Assembly: GCA_964247135.1 (NCBI GenBank)
Contig: CAXTTL010000005.1
Location: 1-63,645, forward strand
Source of the DNA: an uncultured Deinococcales bacterium
GTDB taxonomy: Bacteria; Deinococcota; Deinococci; Deinococcales; JAAFIG01
Reading direction: 5' to 3'
Length of the DNA: 63,645 nt
The notes beneath the pieces were generated by a model. That model worked only from the letters and a program-made list of their open reading frames with translations. It did not search any database and was not told the origin of the DNA. Made by a program: the position numbers and the translations under genes. Shown here one piece after another: positions 1 through 9,187 of the stretch (its first letter is position 1; each line of letters opens with the position of its first letter).

Positions 1-611
1 TGAAAACTTCTTGCCGATCCAAAATCGATCAAGACCACCCGCGAATCTTGGGTTAAAAAAACATTGTCGGGTTTGATGTCACGGTGCAACAAACCCGCCG
101 TATGCACCACCTCGAGCGCCGCGCACAACTCGAGCGCCAAGCGTTTGACTTCGGCTTCGGGCAGTTTTTGCTCTCGAGCCATTTTAGCGCCCAAAGTTTC
201 GCCCGTTAAAGCCTCCATCACCAAATACGCGGTGTTGTTGGCTTCAAACACCTCGAGCACCCGCACAATGCCAGGGTGGTTGAATTGCGCCAAAGTTCGG
301 GCTTCCTCAAGAAAACGCGTTTTGGCTTCCAGAAAACCCGTTGCGCCCAAACTGTTCGGCGGTATCAAACTCGAGTTTTGGCGGGTGCTGCCATCGGGGA
401 ACAATTCTTTGATCGCTACCCCGCGTTGCAAAACGGTGTCCTGCGCCAAGTAGGTGATGCCAAAACCACCTTGACCAAGCACGCGCCCGATCAAATATTT
501 CCCGAGCACGGCACCATTCTCGAGTTGAAAACCTTTGAGGTTCGCGCCGCAATTCGAGCATGTTTGGTCATTTGAGGTTGTGGGCGCGGCGCAATACGGG
601 CAAGAATCCAT
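1..611 (-). CDS. Ser/Thr protein kinase with N-terminal zinc ribbon (runs off the left edge of the window)
   Basis: Manual translation of the minus strand from ATG 611 gives MDSCPYC...CSNCG, LGQGGFGITY, VAIKE, HRDIKPDN and DFGSAR. TACACT lies 7 nt upstream. Absent from the ORF track because there is no stop in the window. Confidence 0.9.
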   Translation of the reverse strand, partial: MDSCPYCAAPTTSNDQTCSNCGANLKGFQLENGAVLGKYLIGRVLGQGGFGITYLAQDTVLQRGVAIKELFPDGSTRQNSSLIPPNSLGATGFLEAKTRFLEEARTLAQFNHPGIVRVLEVFEANNTAYLVMEALTGETLGAKMAREQKLPEAEVKRLALELCAALEVVHTAGLLHRDIKPDNVFLTQDSRVVLIDFGSARSF

Positions 612-681
612 CGAGAACAGTGTACGAGGTGAAGCACACAAAAGTTGCCAAAAAAACCACTCGAGTCAAAGCAACAATGCT

Positions 682-2115
682 TTAATCCGTTGGTAAGAGC
701 AAAATCATCATGACCACAACTTGTGCCGTGAAGGTGTATGTACCCACGCCGAAGGTCTCGAGCAATGCCGAAGGCACGAGCGCAAGCGTGGCGGCACTGA
801 TCGCGGCTTCTGCGCCCGTGCTGGCAAAACCCGCCCAGGTCGCTACTTTCTCGAGCAGCAACAAACCGAGCATGGTTCTGGTGATGCCCAAAAGCGCTGG
901 CTCGAGCGGATAATTTAAGAGGCTCGAGACGAGCAGGGCAATGACGCCAACCACGCCGATGATGGCAAGTCCTGGCAGCGTGCGCCCGAGGCTGCGTTCG
1001 CTGCTGCGAATCGGTGTGGAAATGATCGGCATGGCGGGACCGACCAGGCGCGGCAGCAAAAACCCGAGCGCCAAAGCCCGCAGCAAGAAACCACCCACGC
1101 CAGACACCGTAGAAATGCTCGAGAAGACCACGAATGCCAGTTGCAACAACAAACCGATTTGGTCAAACACGGGACGGCGGTACAAGGTCAAGGCGCTGCG
1201 CCAGGCAACCGCCAGCAGAATACTCGAGTCCAGCGCAGGCAGTGGCAAACTGCGGGTGGGGCGGATGCTCGAGACCCGACCCAACAGTTGATCGCGCAAA
1301 CGTCGGTGCTGGTCTGGGTCGGGTCTGGAACGCGCCACCAAACTCATCAGCATCATGGAGCGCAAGGATGAAAGAATTTGGGATTGCACGGCGAAACGCG
1401 GCGGATAACCACGGGTCAAACTGGCTCGAGAACCAATCACACCAAAAATCAGCAAAACAACGGGCAGCAAACCAAGAGGGTTCAAATTCCAAAAACCGCT
1501 GGCAAGCCCAAAGCCGAGCACGCCACCCGCAACGCTGGCGACAACGACCACCAAAACCAGCGCGTTCAACCAAGCTCGAGCGGCGGTGTTTTCAGTGCCT
1601 CGGGCGCTGTACGCCAACCACTCGAGGTCAACGGTCAGGGCGGCAATACAACCGAGCGTGATCGCCGCGAACGGCGTGAAAATATCAAACCAATAACTGG
1701 CAATCAGTGTCCAAACCGCACCCAAAGTAAAGGCAATCGCAAACCTGAAGACCCTGGCAAACATCAGGGGCCAGTCGAGCACCTCTCGAGCATCCTCGGC
1801 GGTGAGTGCCAAACGGTAGACATCACGCCCGTTTAAATTGATGGGCGGTGTGCTCGAGCGGCTGGCGGAAAACAACAACCACAATCCAGCCAAACTCGAG
1901 AAAATGACGGGCAGCCATTTGGTGCTGATCGGTTGTTTGAACTTGGGCAATACCTCGGCGCCAGCGATGATCGCCACGACCACCCAGCCGATCATCCAGA
2001 GGACTGTTCCCCAACCTATCGCCTTGCCAACATAAACCGCCCACGAACTGAAACCCCTCGAGAGTGACAAGCGACGGGCGAAACGCGTGGCGGACTCTGA
2101 ATGGGCGGGGGTCAT
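682..2115 (-). CDS. Polytopic membrane protein, probable ABC exporter permease
   Basis: 477 aa with many hydrophobic segments; its start overlaps the stop of the ABC ATPase (ATGA). Confidence 0.7.
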   Translation of the reverse strand: MTPAHSESATRFARRLSLSRGFSSWAVYVGKAIGWGTVLWMIGWVVVAIIAGAEVLPKFKQPISTKWLPVIFSSLAGLWLLFSASRSSTPPINLNGRDVYRLALTAEDAREVLDWPLMFARVFRFAIAFTLGAVWTLIASYWFDIFTPFAAITLGCIAALTVDLEWLAYSARGTENTAARAWLNALVLVVVVASVAGGVLGFGLASGFWNLNPLGLLPVVLLIFGVIGSRASLTRGYPPRFAVQSQILSSLRSMMLMSLVARSRPDPDQHRRLRDQLLGRVSSIRPTRSLPLPALDSSILLAVAWRSALTLYRRPVFDQIGLLLQLAFVVFSSISTVSGVGGFLLRALALGFLLPRLVGPAMPIISTPIRSSERSLGRTLPGLAIIGVVGVIALLVSSLLNYPLEPALLGITRTMLGLLLLEKVATWAGFASTGAEAAISAATLALVPSALLETFGVGTYTFTAQVVVMMILLLPTD

Positions 2116-2819
2116 GCGTTCAGTTCCTTGAGGTTCTGGGTTTCAACCCGCACCCCAACCTCGAGCGAGGTGTCCTTCAAATTCGCGTTCTCGATCAACA
2201 AGACCCGCGATTTGACATTGCCCTCGAGCATCGTTTTTGCCAGATCACCTTGGTGCGCACTGACGACCACCGCATGACCAGCTTTGACGCGATCACGCAA
2301 GGCGCTCGAGAGCAACGCCTGAGCGGGAGCGTCCAAACCATTGAACGGCTCATCGAGCACCAACAGCGGCAACTCGAGTCCCAAACACAAGGACAGACTC
2401 AGTTTTTGCCGCATTCCGCGCGAGTGAGACGACGGGAACTCGCCCAAACGACCCTCGAGATTGAATTTCTCCAGAAACTCGAGCATCCGAGCCTCCGCCT
2501 GTGGTTGCCGGTACGCCAACGCCTGAAACCGACAATGCTCAAGCAACGTCAAATCCTCGTACAACGCGGGTTCGTCGGGCACGAACGCAAACTTGGAACG
2601 CGCATCAATGCTGCGCGGCGAAAAACCCATGATCTCGACATCGCCCTTGAAAGGCAACAAACCCGCGAGCGCCCGCATCAGCGTGCTTTTGCCCGCACCG
2701 TTGCGACCCGTGAGCCAGACCAACTCGGCATTGACCGTCAAATTCACGTTCTCGAGAATTTGCGTGCGAGCCAGCACCACCTCGAGATCAACCAATTTCA
2801 GAATAGGAGCATCAGACAC
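2112..2819 (-). CDS. ABC transporter ATP-binding protein
   Basis: Walker A GRNGAGKST, signature SRGMRQK, Walker B LVLDEP. GTG 2819 chosen because TAGACT lies 7 nt upstream. Confidence 0.9.
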   Translation of the reverse strand: MSDAPILKLVDLEVVLARTQILENVNLTVNAELVWLTGRNGAGKSTLMRALAGLLPFKGDVEIMGFSPRSIDARSKFAFVPDEPALYEDLTLLEHCRFQALAYRQPQAEARMLEFLEKFNLEGRLGEFPSSHSRGMRQKLSLSLCLGLELPLLVLDEPFNGLDAPAQALLSSALRDRVKAGHAVVVSAHQGDLAKTMLEGNVKSRVLLIENANLKDTSLEVGVRVETQNLKELNA

Positions 2820-3001
2820 GAGAACGAGTCTACGCCGTAAAAGCCAAAGCGAAAAGGAAGATGGTACGGCGCGAATGAAACCCAAACCCAGAATTCTCAC
2901 CTCGAGATGCGAAAATGCGCGTCATGAACGCGATTGGAATTCTGACTCGAGGGTTTAGGGCTGTTTGTGCTGGATTTGAAAATAGGCAAGTTGTCGCGCC
3001 A

Positions 3002-3134
3002 CCCTCATCCCCGACCCTTCTCCCGCCAAGCGGGAGAAGGGAGCTTTGGTGCTATCTCGAGAAGTCAAAATTTGTTGGTTTGAATCCTCTCCCACTTGTG
3101 GGAGAGGGTGGCGAGCTTGCGAGCCGGGTGAGGG
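3002..3134. repeat. Composite REP-like palindromic element (copy A)
   Basis: Hairpins CCCTTCTCCCGC/GCGGGAGAAGGG and CCTCTCCCAC/GTGGGAGAGG. The reverse complement aligns with 18585-18736 and 9137-9174. Confidence 0.75.
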
Positions 3135-5203
3135 CTTCACGTGCGCGAAGCCTTATCCAATTTGTTTGTGCGTTAGGGTTCTTGATGTCCCCCGCCATCG
3201 CCGCACCCCTGCCTCAAACCCCAACGGACACCGCATACAAAGGCGATGCGTTCTCGAGCATCATTCCGAAACCGCAAGAACAAACCGATGCGAACGGAAT
3301 ACTGCCGCTCGAGAATCTCAGCATCAAACTTGAGGGGAATGCGCAAGAACTGACTTGGGCGGCGCGAGATGTAAATGAAGAGGTGTTCTCGAGGTTGGGC
3401 AAGACGCTCGAGATGACGGGAAAAGCGACCACGATTCGGATTGGAACGCTCGAGAATGCAGGACTTGCGACAGAAGCCAAAACCCGAGGAATTCTGCCAG
3501 ACAAAGCCGAAGGCTACGGTTTATGGGTGGATGATAAGGGTGCGGGTGTGGTTGGTTTTGATGCGCTTGGCGCGTACCGGGGCGTGCAAAGTTTAAGGCA
3601 ACTGCTCACGCCAACAGGTTTTCGCTTCTCGAGCATCAGAGATTACCCGAGCTTGCAAACCAGGGTTGCCATGATTTATTTGGATGTGTACTCCAAACCG
3701 ACCAACGATTGGTTGATCCCGATGCTTGCCAAACTGAAATTCTCGAGCGTGCTGGTGATGAGCGATTACGTGAAATGGGACAGCAGCAAGAACATTTGGC
3801 ACCCACAGGGCGCGAGCAAGGCGGAGGCAGTACGGGTGGCGGAATTGATTCGTACTCACGGCATGGATGCCATACCATTGATTGAAACGCCAGGTCACGC
3901 CAGTTGGCTGTTTTACAACAACCAAAACCGTGACATCGCCCAAGACCCAGACACCAAAGAGCCTTATGCTTACGACACACTCAACCCGCACACGTATGAG
4001 GTTTTGCTGCCAATTTTGACTGAAGCGGTGGAAGTCTTCAAACCTAAATTTGTTCATATTGGACACGACGAGGTGATTGCGGATGGACGTGGGCGTTTTC
4101 CCGCTCGAGAGAACGGTATTGCCGTGGGCTTCGAGAAATTGTTCGTGGATGACACCATCAAACTTCACGACCACCTGAAAAGCCTTGGCGTCGACACGAT
4201 GATCTGGCACGATGTTGCGCTTTCAGAAGCTTACCGTGACAAAATTCTGCCAGCACTGCCCAAAGACATTGTGTTTGCCAACTGGCATTACAGCGCTGCC
4301 GACGATTACCCAAGCATCAAATACGCCCAGTCTCAAGGCTTTCGGGTGCTCGGTGCGAGTTGGTTTCCGACGGGCAACCCCGAAAAAATGGCAGCCGCTG
4401 TCGCTCGAGAAAACGCGATGGGCGCAATCCAAACCCGTTGGACGGGATATTTTTACTCCAACATTGCCATTTACGACGGCAACGCCGAACAGGGCGCGGC
4501 GTACTTTAATGCCGCCTCGAGCTTCTGGAATGTGAACGCTCCAAACCTCGAGAATCTGGAAAGTGCCAGACGCTACCGAGACGCGTTCAAATCCAGCAAA
4601 TACGCGCCAATCAAAGGCACACTGATCGACCTCTCGAGCCTTGTCACCCGCAAACTGACCGACCGTGACGAAACCCAGTGGGTGCAAAAAGGCTCGAGCA
4701 CCGACCTCTCGGGTTTGCCCACAGGTGCAAACGTCAAACTGGGCGCGTACACCTTCAACATTTCAGGCGCGATCATGCTGAAAGGCGCTCGAGCTGCCGC
4801 CCAAGACCTGCCCGAAAAAGTCACGCTCGAGATTGGCGCACCTGCCCCCGCGATCAATTTCTTGCACACCACCGGTTGGCTTGGCACGCTGAGCAGCCCA
4901 CGGCAAAAAGTTGGCGCATACACGATCAACTATTCTGACGGCTCGAGCATGATTCAACCCCTCGAGTACGGACGCAACATCAACGTCTGGACCGAACCCA
5001 GCGTCGAAAACACGATTCGCAGCATCATCAACGATCCCGTTTGGCGCGGCAAAACAACCGACGGACTCGAGATTGGCTTGAACGTGTTCACCTGGGTCAA
5101 TCCAAACCCCACAAAAACCATCGCCAGCATCGAATTCTCGAGCGAAGGCACGCAAGCCAACCCAGCCCTGATTGGGTTGACGCTGCTCGAGAAAGCACCT
5201 TGA
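3128..5203 (+). CDS. Glycoside hydrolase family 20 (beta-N-acetylhexosaminidase-like), secreted
   Basis: IETPGHA and HIGHDEV (GH20 H-x-G-x-D-E catalytic motif); signal-like N-terminus. Start uncertain: the ORF is open from 2915 through the REP element. Confidence 0.8.
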   Translation: MRASRARSLIQFVCALGFLMSPAIAAPLPQTPTDTAYKGDAFSSIIPKPQEQTDANGILPLENLSIKLEGNAQELTWAARDVNEEVFSRLGKTLEMTGKATTIRIGTLENAGLATEAKTRGILPDKAEGYGLWVDDKGAGVVGFDALGAYRGVQSLRQLLTPTGFRFSSIRDYPSLQTRVAMIYLDVYSKPTNDWLIPMLAKLKFSSVLVMSDYVKWDSSKNIWHPQGASKAEAVRVAELIRTHGMDAIPLIETPGHASWLFYNNQNRDIAQDPDTKEPYAYDTLNPHTYEVLLPILTEAVEVFKPKFVHIGHDEVIADGRGRFPARENGIAVGFEKLFVDDTIKLHDHLKSLGVDTMIWHDVALSEAYRDKILPALPKDIVFANWHYSAADDYPSIKYAQSQGFRVLGASWFPTGNPEKMAAAVARENAMGAIQTRWTGYFYSNIAIYDGNAEQGAAYFNAASSFWNVNAPNLENLESARRYRDAFKSSKYAPIKGTLIDLSSLVTRKLTDRDETQWVQKGSSTDLSGLPTGANVKLGAYTFNISGAIMLKGARAAAQDLPEKVTLEIGAPAPAINFLHTTGWLGTLSSPRQKVGAYTINYSDGSSMIQPLEYGRNINVWTEPSVENTIRSIINDPVWRGKTTDGLEIGLNVFTWVNPNPTKTIASIEFSSEGTQANPALIGLTLLEKAP

Positions 5204-5221
5204 ACCAGATAGAATGGCTGC

Positions 5222-5584
5222 ATGACATCCGAGCAACGCAATCGTCACAGCATTCGATTGCGAAATTACGATTACACCAGCAACGGCGCGTATTTCATCA
5301 CGATTTGCGCCCAAACCCGAGAAGCATTGTTGGGTGTACTTGAGCCAGGAGATGTCGTAGGGGATGGTCTCAGACCATCCCCTAAACACGGTCTAACCGA
5401 AATCGTGAGGGCATTGAAAAGCTTTTCTGCGCGTCGCATCAATGAAGCTCAAGGAACTCAAGGGCAAGCTTTTTGGCAGCGTGGTTTTTACGATCATATT
5501 GTGCGGTTGGAAAATGATCTCGAGGATATTCGGCAGTACATTCTCGAGAATCCCAGGCGTGCATTTTTGAAGGGTTTGTCATGA
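5222..5584 (+). mobile_element. Internally deleted REP-associated tyrosine transposase (RAYT/Y1, IS200/IS605 TnpA-like)
   Basis: RHSIRLRNYDY..GAYFITIC, KSFSARRIN, WQRGFYDHIVR and YILENP are present. The HUH segment (MPNH-x-H) is missing. Confidence 0.8.
5357..5384. repeat. GTAG-type REP palindrome inside the RAYT remnant
   Basis: G-TAGGGGATGGTCT-C-AGACCATCCCCTA, with perfect 13-bp arms. Confidence 0.7.
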
Positions 5585-6501
5585 TTTCCGAAGCTCGAGT
5601 TGGTTCTCAAACCCGTTTCTGGCGCAACATTCTGACCGCGTATGGTTTCTTGCTACCAACACTTTCGTTTAAACTCCTGTTCACGTTTTGGCCCATCGCC
5701 TTCGGGATTTTTCTGGCATTCACGCAATCGAACATCATTGAAACCAAAATCATTGGCACACAAAATTTTCGGGAATTGTTCGGCACGGCAGAATTTAGTG
5801 CTCGAGGTCCCAGTCCGTATTTTTTTGAAGGCATGATTAACAGTTTGAAGTACCTGATGTGCGTGCCGGTGATTCAGTTTTTGAGCATCGGTCTGGCGAT
5901 GCTGGTGAACCGTCAAATTCCGGCGATTGGCTTGTTCCGCACGGCGTATTACGTGCCGGTCGTCACCAGTTTGAGCGTGGTGGGGTTCATGTGGAAGGGC
6001 ATGTACGATCAGCATGGACCACTGAATTACATCCTGACCGTGTTCGGTTTGATGGACGCCAAAAACCCCTCGAGCCTTTTAAACAATTCCAATTACGCCC
6101 TGTACGCCGTGATGCTGATGACGGTTTGGAAGGGCTTGGGGTATTACATGGTCTTGTACCTGGCAGGTTTGCAAAGCATTGACCGCACGCTCGAGGAGGC
6201 GTCTGTGATGGATGGCGCGAACCGCTGGCAGGTGTTTTGGAACATCACGTTGCCTGGTTTGCGCCCAACGTTGTTGGTGTGTGGTTTGCTGTCCACCATC
6301 AGCGCCATCAAGGTTTTTGAAGAAATTTATGTTTTGACGGGTGGCAGTTCTGGCACGTACACCGTGATGTATTTTGTGTACGCCAAAGCCTTCCAAGATT
6401 TTAGGTTTGGCTTCGCCGCCGCCGCAGGGCTGGTCGTGGCGTTTGTGAGCCTGATTTTTGGTTTTATTAACTTTAGACTTACGAGGGGAAATCAAGCATG
6501 A
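5581..6501 (+). CDS. Carbohydrate ABC transporter permease 1
   Basis: EAA loop LEEASVMDGANRWQVFWNITLP; several TM helices. Confidence 0.92.
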   Translation: MISEARVGSQTRFWRNILTAYGFLLPTLSFKLLFTFWPIAFGIFLAFTQSNIIETKIIGTQNFRELFGTAEFSARGPSPYFFEGMINSLKYLMCVPVIQFLSIGLAMLVNRQIPAIGLFRTAYYVPVVTSLSVVGFMWKGMYDQHGPLNYILTVFGLMDAKNPSSLLNNSNYALYAVMLMTVWKGLGYYMVLYLAGLQSIDRTLEEASVMDGANRWQVFWNITLPGLRPTLLVCGLLSTISAIKVFEEIYVLTGGSSGTYTVMYFVYAKAFQDFRFGFAAAAGLVVAFVSLIFGFINFRLTRGNQA

Positions 6502-7400
6502 TTGAGACTCGAGAATCCAATACTGTCGCGCTCGAGGCGATTCGTTTGATGAAACGAACGCGTGAACGCAACAAACTCATCACCAATATTTTGATTTACA
6601 TCTTGCTGACCGCGATTGCGTTTGTGTTTATCTATCCGTTCTTGTGGACGCTTTCGACCTCGTTTGAAACCACGGGCGGCGTTTCCGAATTTCCACCGCA
6701 TCTCATTCCGAACACTCCCAGTTTTCGCAATTACATCGATGTGTTTGCGCTCGTGCCTGTGGGAAGGCAAATTCTGAACAGCGCTTTGATTTGCTTGATT
6801 GGCGTTTCAGGCAGCGTTTTGCTGGCAACCTTGGGCGCGTATCCATTGGCAAAAATGAATTTCCCAGGACGGGATTTGATTTTTTACATCATTCTGGCAA
6901 CACTTGTTTTGCCCAACGAGGCGGGCATGATCGTCAATTACGTGACCAGCGCCAAACTCGGCTGGCTGAAATCCGATGTCGGCAAGTACGTTGCCGTGAT
7001 CGCGCCCGCACTGGCAAACGTTGCAGGTTTATTTTTGATGCGTCAAGCCTATCTCAGTGTGCCGCTCGAGCTTCTCGAGGCTGCGCGGATGGACGGCGCG
7101 AGTGAACTGACGATTTGGCGCAAGGTCATGCTGCCGTTGACTTTGCCGACGCTCAGCGCCTTTGCGATTCTGCAATTTGTCGCGTTTTGGAACACGTTTT
7201 TGTGGCCAAGTATTGTTTTGCAAGGCGACCGAAACCTCTTGCCGCTTTCGGCTGGGATGCTCGACCTCAGTTCGCAATTCAGCACCAACACCAGGGCAAC
7301 CAGTGCGGGTGCGGTGATTATGATTTTGCCGATTTTGATTGTGTTTTTGTTTTTTCAACGCTATTTCATGCGTGGACTCGAGGGTGCGGTGAAGGGTTAA
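6498..7400 (+). CDS. Carbohydrate ABC transporter permease 2
   Basis: EAA loop ELLEAARMDGASE; C-terminal FQRYFMRGL..GAVKG. Confidence 0.92.
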   Translation: MIETRESNTVALEAIRLMKRTRERNKLITNILIYILLTAIAFVFIYPFLWTLSTSFETTGGVSEFPPHLIPNTPSFRNYIDVFALVPVGRQILNSALICLIGVSGSVLLATLGAYPLAKMNFPGRDLIFYIILATLVLPNEAGMIVNYVTSAKLGWLKSDVGKYVAVIAPALANVAGLFLMRQAYLSVPLELLEAARMDGASELTIWRKVMLPLTLPTLSAFAILQFVAFWNTFLWPSIVLQGDRNLLPLSAGMLDLSSQFSTNTRATSAGAVIMILPILIVFLFFQRYFMRGLEGAVKG

Positions 7401-8323
7401 CGCAGCAGCAATTCTTTCATCAGTGGCTCGAGCAAATCCTGTCCACACAAACCCAAGCGCCAACGAATCGGTATGCCCGTAAGTCCATCTCGAATGCCTG
7501 CAATCCCGCCTGCCACGCAAGCGGTGGTGTCGGTGTCATGCCCAAGTGAAACGGCGGCTTTGACCACCGCTTCAAAATTGCCTTGCTCGAGCGCCCATTT
7601 TGCGCTGAACAGACAGTCAATCACGTACCCCGAACCTCGAGGCGTGCGTTCGGCTTCGGGACGGATGTGCGTCTCGAGGGCGTTCAAGTATTCGGGTTGT
7701 GTCGCGTAAATGGCTCTTAAAGACTCGAGCGCGGCATCCCAAGGTTTGGCGGCATTCTCGAGCGTCCGACGCGCCCAGAGGCAGTACAGGGCGCAACAGG
7801 CTTGAACAACCACATGGGCGTGGGTGACTCGAGATTGATCGTGCGCGTCTTGCACCAATTCGGCATCCGAACCCTGATGCCAAAGCGCAAGCGGCAAGAC
7901 CCGCATCAGTGAACCATTGCCCTGCGAGTATTCGCCCGTGCCGCCAGCTTTGATTGCTGGCACGCCGCGAATCAATTTTTGAATCGCGTTCGCGGTTTGA
8001 ATCCCAACATCGAAGACTCGAGTATCGACCGCCAGATACCCGTGCTCGTACCAGTTGATGAAACGATTGCCCAAATCCATCGGCTCGAGTTTATTGCAAT
8101 GCTGCAAACTTGCCAGCAAGCACAAGGCTTGAGCGCCATCATCTGACCACGTGCCAGGGGGTGTGCCGTTGTGCGCTCGAGCAAAGTTTTTTGGTGGCGT
8201 AAACTCGAGCAAGTCTTTGGCGGGTAAATCTTTTGGGTCGTGAAATTCGTAAGGCACGCCGAGCGCATCACCGATCAGCAAACCCATCAACCCGCCCGAA
8301 ATGCGTTCTTGAAAAGAAATCAC
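7397..8323 (-). CDS. ADP-ribosylglycohydrolase (DraG/ARH family)
   Basis: GDALGVPYEF, WSDDG, GNGSLMR, DTDTTACVAG. Start is GTG 8323 or 8341. Confidence 0.9.
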   Translation of the reverse strand: MISFQERISGGLMGLLIGDALGVPYEFHDPKDLPAKDLLEFTPPKNFARAHNGTPPGTWSDDGAQALCLLASLQHCNKLEPMDLGNRFINWYEHGYLAVDTRVFDVGIQTANAIQKLIRGVPAIKAGGTGEYSQGNGSLMRVLPLALWHQGSDAELVQDAHDQSRVTHAHVVVQACCALYCLWARRTLENAAKPWDAALESLRAIYATQPEYLNALETHIRPEAERTPRGSGYVIDCLFSAKWALEQGNFEAVVKAAVSLGHDTDTTACVAGGIAGIRDGLTGIPIRWRLGLCGQDLLEPLMKELLLR

Positions 8324-8438
8324 AAACCAATTATGCGCCACCTCGAGCCATCAAAGAAAAGCTGGAAGGAAAATCCAATTTGCCGTACAAAATCAAATCT
8401 TGAGAAAATATTTCATGTTCAACATGACATACTGTCTC

Positions 8439-9095
8439 ATGGCTAAAACTCGTACTACACATAGAACTATCGAGTTACCAGAATCGATTGATGAAGATGC
8501 GATCACTGGCTTTCCAGACGCAGAATTTACCAACGACGCCTGGTATCAAAATTTGTCTCTGTTCAATCTAGATCGTTCTGAACAAAAGGCTCACAAGGTG
8601 GTGTTCGAGTGTTCTCATTTGGAACGTATTTCCCTTGTAAATACACGGCTTAGCAAAGTTAGGTGGTCAGATTTGAGTCTCGAGCATTGCGATTTGACAG
8701 GATTGTTACTTGAACAGGCAATCCTCGAGCGTGTTGTTTTCAAAAACTGTCGTTTGCTCGGTTTCGGTGCGTCTGAAGCCCATTTTGAAGACGTGATTTT
8801 TGAAAATTGCGATGCGCGATACGCCAGATTGCTTGAAGCAAAGGTTGGTCCTGCAAGGTTTCTAAACGTAAACTTGTCTGAATCGTCTTTTCAAGGTGCA
8901 CAATTTTCCAATACGGTATTTTCAGGTTGTGATCTTGGTGCGGCTGATTTGCGAGATTCAAAGCTCGAGGGTACGGATTTTCGCGGCTCTAAGATTGAAG
9001 GTATTTTGGCTCAACCAAGAGATGTTAAAGGTATGGTGATCTCGCCGGATCAGGCAATTGATTTGGTGCATTTGTTGGGTGTTCAAGTGAGTTAA
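8439..9095 (+). CDS. Pentapeptide repeat protein (Qnr/MfpA-like fold)
   Basis: Repeated units such as CDLTG, CDLGA, ADLRD and TDFRG. Confidence 0.85.
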   Translation: MAKTRTTHRTIELPESIDEDAITGFPDAEFTNDAWYQNLSLFNLDRSEQKAHKVVFECSHLERISLVNTRLSKVRWSDLSLEHCDLTGLLLEQAILERVVFKNCRLLGFGASEAHFEDVIFENCDARYARLLEAKVGPARFLNVNLSESSFQGAQFSNTVFSGCDLGAADLRDSKLEGTDFRGSKIEGILAQPRDVKGMVISPDQAIDLVHLLGVQVS

Positions 9096-9136
9096 ATTTT
9101 TCAAATTGTAATTGGAAACTCGAGTCATCAAAAAAA

Positions 9137-9174
9137 CTCCCTTCTCTCCTGGGAGAGAAGGGTCGGGGATGAGA
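9137..9174. repeat. REP-like palindromic element (copy B, half unit) between convergent genes
   Basis: CTCCCTTCTCTCCTGGGAGAGAAGGGTCGGGGATGAG matches the 3' half of copy C. Confidence 0.7.
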
Positions 9175-9187
9175 GGAGACGCAAGCT

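Noticed and set aside
7397-9095. ADP-ribosylglycohydrolase plus pentapeptide protein as a defence or toxin system
   Set aside because: They are divergently oriented common families, and no ADP-ribosyltransferase or toxin is adjacent.
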